Shown one piece after another: positions 60,182 through 64,000 of a DNA stretch of 64,000 nucleotides. The DNA is from Spirochaetia bacterium. Lineage in GTDB: Bacteria; Spirochaetota; Spirochaetia; UBA9216. The stretch lies in the NCBI GenBank assembly GCA_963677925.2, contig CAXXYH010000003.1:352001-416000 (forward strand), read 5' to 3'. The notes under the pieces are model-generated. The model worked only from the letters and a program-made list of their open reading frames with translations. It was not told the DNA's origin and ran no database searches. Numbering within the stretch: position 1 is the first letter of the stretch; each line of letters begins with the position of its first letter. Position numbers and translations under genes: made by a program.

Positions 60182-61012
60182 ATGGATTTGGACTTTTATA
60201 AACTTCAAACAGCAGGCAATGACCTGATACTGATAAACTTTACAGGTAAGCTTTTTCCTTCAGACCATGAACTTAGAGAAATGTCCCGGAAGATATGCCG
60301 CAGAGATTATGGAATAGGCAGCAACGGTCTGATAGCAATGACCAGTGAGGGAATTGATAAGATAAAAGCCAGTTTTCTGACTCCTTCCGGAGAGTTTGCT
60401 GATGTAGTAAATGACGCCCTTATGTGTCTTGCCAGGTATATTTTTGATTCAGGCTTTTCTGGTAAGGATGATTTTTCAGTCGAACTAAACGGAAGGCTTC
60501 ATAAAGTAGGAGTAATTGACAGTACTTTTTTTAGAATTAGCCTTGGATATCCCTTAAATTCGGAGGGTCTTCCCCTTATAGAACGTCCGGAGGAGGACTA
60601 CCTTGTGAATCTCAGCTCCGGCGGTAAAAAGATTCCCTCGACAATTATACAGCTGGGGAAACCAGGCGTCGTCATCTACACTGAAAACAGATCCTTTCCT
60701 AAACTGAAAGAGATTGCTGATGAATTAATCATTCCTGATAAACTTTCTGAAGATATGCAGGTTATATTTGCAACAGTAAACAGCCGTGATGATCTGGAAG
60801 TGTTTATCAGAAAAAGCCGGAATGACGACTTTCTCTCATCATGCGCTATAGCAGCTGTAGCTTCTGTGGTGAATGGTTTTTCAAACAGGGATACTGCGGT
60901 TCATCACAAGCAGAGCGAGATGTTCTTTCAATGGATGCAGCCGACAAACGAAGTTTTCATAACCAGTTCGGCCGAATATCTGTTTACCGGATCTTTTTAC
61001 TACGAGACATAG
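60182..61012 (+). CDS. diaminopimelate-epimerase-like protein with degenerate catalytic motifs
   Basis: FYKLQTAGNDL and ICRRDYGIGSNGLI match the DapF N-terminus, but MCGNG and ACGTG are replaced by VVNDALMC and FLSSCAIA. Confidence 0.7.
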   Translation: MDLDFYKLQTAGNDLILINFTGKLFPSDHELREMSRKICRRDYGIGSNGLIAMTSEGIDKIKASFLTPSGEFADVVNDALMCLARYIFDSGFSGKDDFSVELNGRLHKVGVIDSTFFRISLGYPLNSEGLPLIERPEEDYLVNLSSGGKKIPSTIIQLGKPGVVIYTENRSFPKLKEIADELIIPDKLSEDMQVIFATVNSRDDLEVFIRKSRNDDFLSSCAIAAVASVVNGFSNRDTAVHHKQSEMFFQWMQPTNEVFITSSAEYLFTGSFYYET

Positions 61013-61015
61013 AAC

Positions 61016-62374
61016 TCAGATGTCTATATCGTAATCCTGCAGCTTGCGGTGGAGAGTTTTCCTTCCGATTCCCAGGATTTCAGCAGTTTTAGTTTTATTT
61101 CCCTGCTCCATATTAAGAGTCTCTAAGATAATCTGCTTCTCGGCTGCAGAAAGTGAAGTTCCGGTACATATACGAATGCAGTTTTCCTCTGCTGTTTCCA
61201 GTATAGAAGGCGGAAGATCGTCAACCGTTATTACATCGCCCTTGCACATTACAACGGCGCTTTCGACAGCATTCCGCAGTTCCCTGACATTACCGGGCCA
61301 GCTGTAATTATGAATTGCAACTCTGGCCTTGTTTTCAAAACCGTCAATCTGCCGTCCGTTTTCATCTGCAAATTCCCGAAGGAATGCCGAAGCCATCAGC
61401 GAAATATCTTCTTTTCTTTCCCGAAGCGGCGGGACATGTATATTTACGACATTAAGCCTGTAAAACAGGTCTTCACGGAAATTACCCTTCTCAATTTCAG
61501 ACTTTAGATCACGGTTAGTAGCAGAGATGATTCTTGTATCAATTTCAACGGTTTCTTCACCACCGACACGTTCAAAAGTTTTTTCCTGAAGGACCCTGAG
61601 TATTTTAATCTGAGTCGACTGATTAATTTCACCTATTTCATCCAGAAAAATAGAACCCAGATGCGACAGTTCAAATCGTCCCCGTTTTCTGGAGACTGCT
61701 CCGGTAAAGGCGCCCTTTTCATGACCGAAAAGCTCGCTTTCAAGCAGGCTTTCTGAAAGGGCTGCACAGTGAACCTTAATAAAGGGTTTGTCCTTACGGT
61801 CTGAAAGCTGATGGATTGCATCGGCAATCAGTTCCTTTCCTACTCCGCTTTCCCCGGTAATCAGTACAGAGGCACGGGTGGACGCAACTTGTTCAACGAC
61901 CTCCATTACCCTCATCATTGCACTGCTTTTACCGATTATCCGTGAATATTTCTGTTTGGATTTAAGCCTGTCAACTTCGTCCTTAAGGGCACGGTGTTCC
62001 AGTACAAGCTCACGTCCTTCAAGTGCTCGTTTAACAAGCAGAGTAAGGCGGTTCAGATTGACCGGCTTGGTGAGAAAATCATATGCTCCGTCGCGCATAG
62101 CGGTAACTGCGGTTTCAATAGTTCCGTGGCCCGTCAGAACAATAACCGGAAGTCCCGGATATGAGGATATTGTTTTTTTTAGCAGTTCCTGACCGCTTAC
62201 AACCGGCATTCTAAGGTCGGTTATTATCAAATCAATATCCTTTGAATTAAGAAGGTTCAAAGCTTCCTGACCGTCAGCAGCGAGGAAGACATTGTATCCG
62301 TCCATCTCCAGCGACATGGCAAGGCCTTCTCGAATATTCTTTTCATCATCGGCAATCAGTAAATTAAATCCCAT
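61016..62374 (-). CDS. sigma54-dependent response regulator (NtrC/AtoC family, Rrp2-like)
   Basis: Receiver domain, GESGVGKE, GAFTGA, FLDEIGE, WPGNVREL, Fis-type HTH; ATG 62374 preferred (ORF track 62386). Confidence 0.93.
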   Translation of the reverse strand: MGFNLLIADDEKNIREGLAMSLEMDGYNVFLAADGQEALNLLNSKDIDLIITDLRMPVVSGQELLKKTISSYPGLPVIVLTGHGTIETAVTAMRDGAYDFLTKPVNLNRLTLLVKRALEGRELVLEHRALKDEVDRLKSKQKYSRIIGKSSAMMRVMEVVEQVASTRASVLITGESGVGKELIADAIHQLSDRKDKPFIKVHCAALSESLLESELFGHEKGAFTGAVSRKRGRFELSHLGSIFLDEIGEINQSTQIKILRVLQEKTFERVGGEETVEIDTRIISATNRDLKSEIEKGNFREDLFYRLNVVNIHVPPLRERKEDISLMASAFLREFADENGRQIDGFENKARVAIHNYSWPGNVRELRNAVESAVVMCKGDVITVDDLPPSILETAEENCIRICTGTSLSAAEKQIILETLNMEQGNKTKTAEILGIGRKTLHRKLQDYDIDI

Positions 62375-62375
62375 A

Positions 62376-63539
62376 TCAAGCTCCATCCCAGCTTATTAAG
62401 TGGCGTTCCTTCTGCGGAACAGGAAATCTCAGTATAAATACAGTTCCTTCTCCAACTTTTGATTTAAGCTGAATCTCTCCGTCATGTTCCTTTATTATCT
62501 TGTAAACAAGAGTCAGCCCCAATCCTGAACCGAAATCTTTCGTAGTAAAGTAGGGTTCAAAGATTTTATTAAGATTTTCTTCGGGAATACCTTCTCCATC
62601 ATCCTTTACCTGTAGTACTACTGAATCTTCCTGACGGGCTGTTGAAAGATTCAGATGCCCTCCATTTTCCATGGCGTTTTTAGCATTTTTTACGATGTTA
62701 AGAATTGCCTGTTTAATAAGCTTTTCATCTATCTGCAGCAGAGGAATATCCTCTTCAAAATCAGTTTCAATTTCTATGTTTGATTCATCAAGTTCAGGTT
62801 TTACAAAATTTAAAATATCTGTAAGTATTTCATTAAGGCATTCATCTTTGAGATTCACATCCATAGGCCGGACAGCAAATAAAAAATCGACGACGATACT
62901 GTTAAGCCTTTCAACCTCTTCACTCAAGACGTTGAGATTCCGGTTGAAAAATTCAGGATCAGGCACTGAATCCCTGGCAAGTGCTTTCTGCATAAGCTGG
63001 ATATGGATTCCTATTGCACCAAGGGGATTTTTAATTTCATGTGCAACACCGGCGGTAAAGGTTGTCAGTGAGGCCAGACTTTCAGCACGTCTTAAACGGG
63101 CTTCATTAACTTTTCTCTGAGTAATATCCTTTAGATAAATAAGGTTTCCTGAAATTTCACCTCTTAATAAAAGAGGAAGAATGCTGCAGGTGATGATCCT
63201 CGGGCCGCCGGCCGCATCAAAGGCAAATTCGCGATCATGAACAGTTTCCTGCTTCGCCTCACTCTCCGATACAAGTTTTCTTATTTCCGGGTCAAGAATC
63301 ACATCATTGTAGTGATTATCAATAAGCTCACCGCGCGAAAGCGGTATTATTCTTCGGGAAGCCCTGTTCGCAAAGGAAATTATTCCTTCCTTGTTTACAA
63401 CAATAACTCCGGCAGTCATGGACTGCATGGCGCTTTCGAGTATTTCGTTTTCTGCAGCCAGTTCTTTTACAAGCTTTTCAATCTGCTTTTTATCCAGTTT
63501 CTCAAACATGCTGAGAGCACGCGACAGAAATTTCCTCAT
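62376..63539 (-). CDS. PAS-domain sensor histidine kinase (Hk2-like)
   Basis: PAS, VAHEIKNPL, NIVKNA, DDGEGI, FEPYFTTK, GSGLGL. Confidence 0.93.
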   Translation of the reverse strand: MRKFLSRALSMFEKLDKKQIEKLVKELAAENEILESAMQSMTAGVIVVNKEGIISFANRASRRIIPLSRGELIDNHYNDVILDPEIRKLVSESEAKQETVHDREFAFDAAGGPRIITCSILPLLLRGEISGNLIYLKDITQRKVNEARLRRAESLASLTTFTAGVAHEIKNPLGAIGIHIQLMQKALARDSVPDPEFFNRNLNVLSEEVERLNSIVVDFLFAVRPMDVNLKDECLNEILTDILNFVKPELDESNIEIETDFEEDIPLLQIDEKLIKQAILNIVKNAKNAMENGGHLNLSTARQEDSVVLQVKDDGEGIPEENLNKIFEPYFTTKDFGSGLGLTLVYKIIKEHDGEIQLKSKVGEGTVFILRFPVPQKERHLISWDGA

Positions 63540-63551
63540 AAAATCACCCCG

Positions 63552-63998
63552 TCAAACCGCAGTAAGTTCTTTCAAATCATAAAACATAGCTTCAAGAACA
63601 AGCTGTGTCGACTGATTGAAGGAATCACGTCTGGCGGCAGATTCTTTTATAATCCGGTTCACAGCAGCTGCCCGGACGGCAGTTATACTTCCCTGCCTGA
63701 GAAGAGTGCCTGTAAGCATTGAGAGCTCTTCCATGAAAAGGTTGAAGAGTCTTCTCTGTTTGAATACTTCTTTCAGACTGTTCGAACTGTTAAATTCATG
63801 ATATCCGGATTCAGAACTGATAAGGCTGCCGAATTCAGCAGCGGCGGTTCTGATAAGTCCCATATCCGCCTTGCGTCCGATAAAATATTCACGTATTGAT
63901 TTATATTCCGGATTTTCCTCCCTGAATATACGCTTTATAACTTCAGCGGATGATTCCTCATTCCTTGGTACAAAATCATAAACTCTTACTCTGGAAAG
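63552..63998 (-). CDS. DNA polymerase III clamp-loader-like (delta'/gamma-tau family) protein, C-terminal part (5' truncated by window edge)
   Basis: Frame is open to the edge and begins LSRVRVYDF (sensor-1-like SR motif); ends ...QLVLEAMF; sits upstream of the HK/RR pair as recalled for Treponema. Confidence 0.55.
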   Translation of the reverse strand, partial: LSRVRVYDFVPRNEESSAEVIKRIFREENPEYKSIREYFIGRKADMGLIRTAAAEFGSLISSESGYHEFNSSNSLKEVFKQRRLFNLFMEELSMLTGTLLRQGSITAVRAAAVNRIIKESAARRDSFNQSTQLVLEAMFYDLKELTAV

Positions 63999-64000
63999 AA

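Overview
A gene-dense bacterial chromosome segment, very probably from a free-living anaerobic spirochaete. This is inferred from gene order: ispE-spoVG-tRNA-Gln-rplY-pth-tilS-ftsH, rplU-prp-rpmA-obgE-nadD-yqeK-LCP-rsfS, cheX, and a clamp-loader-like gene followed by an Hk2/Rrp2-like pair. The first 14 kb is a catabolic region: the 3' end of preA, a degenerate IS1595-like transposase, an SSS symporter with a small partner ORF, a class III aminotransferase, a SauS-like CoA-acylating aldehyde dehydrogenase, an NCS2 nucleobase permease and a four-gene Na+-pumping acyl-CoA decarboxylase. Together these suggest an energy-conserving route pyrimidine > beta-alanine > malonyl-CoA > acetyl-CoA (a hypothesis). 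The rest is mostly housekeeping, with five tRNAs. Notable regulatory and small-gene features: a leaderless Ile/Leu leader-peptide attenuator before ilvBN-leuA-cimA, tandem ARG boxes before carAB, a MerR-type 19-bp-spacer promoter driving a flavinylated lipoprotein reductase of unknown substrate, several apparently leaderless genes, a 93-aa polyacidic protein, a Prp-like protease whose usual L27 substrate extension is missing, and several catalytically degenerate enzymes. All calls come from reading motifs by eye; no database searches were run. No CRISPR array, rRNA or prophage was seen.
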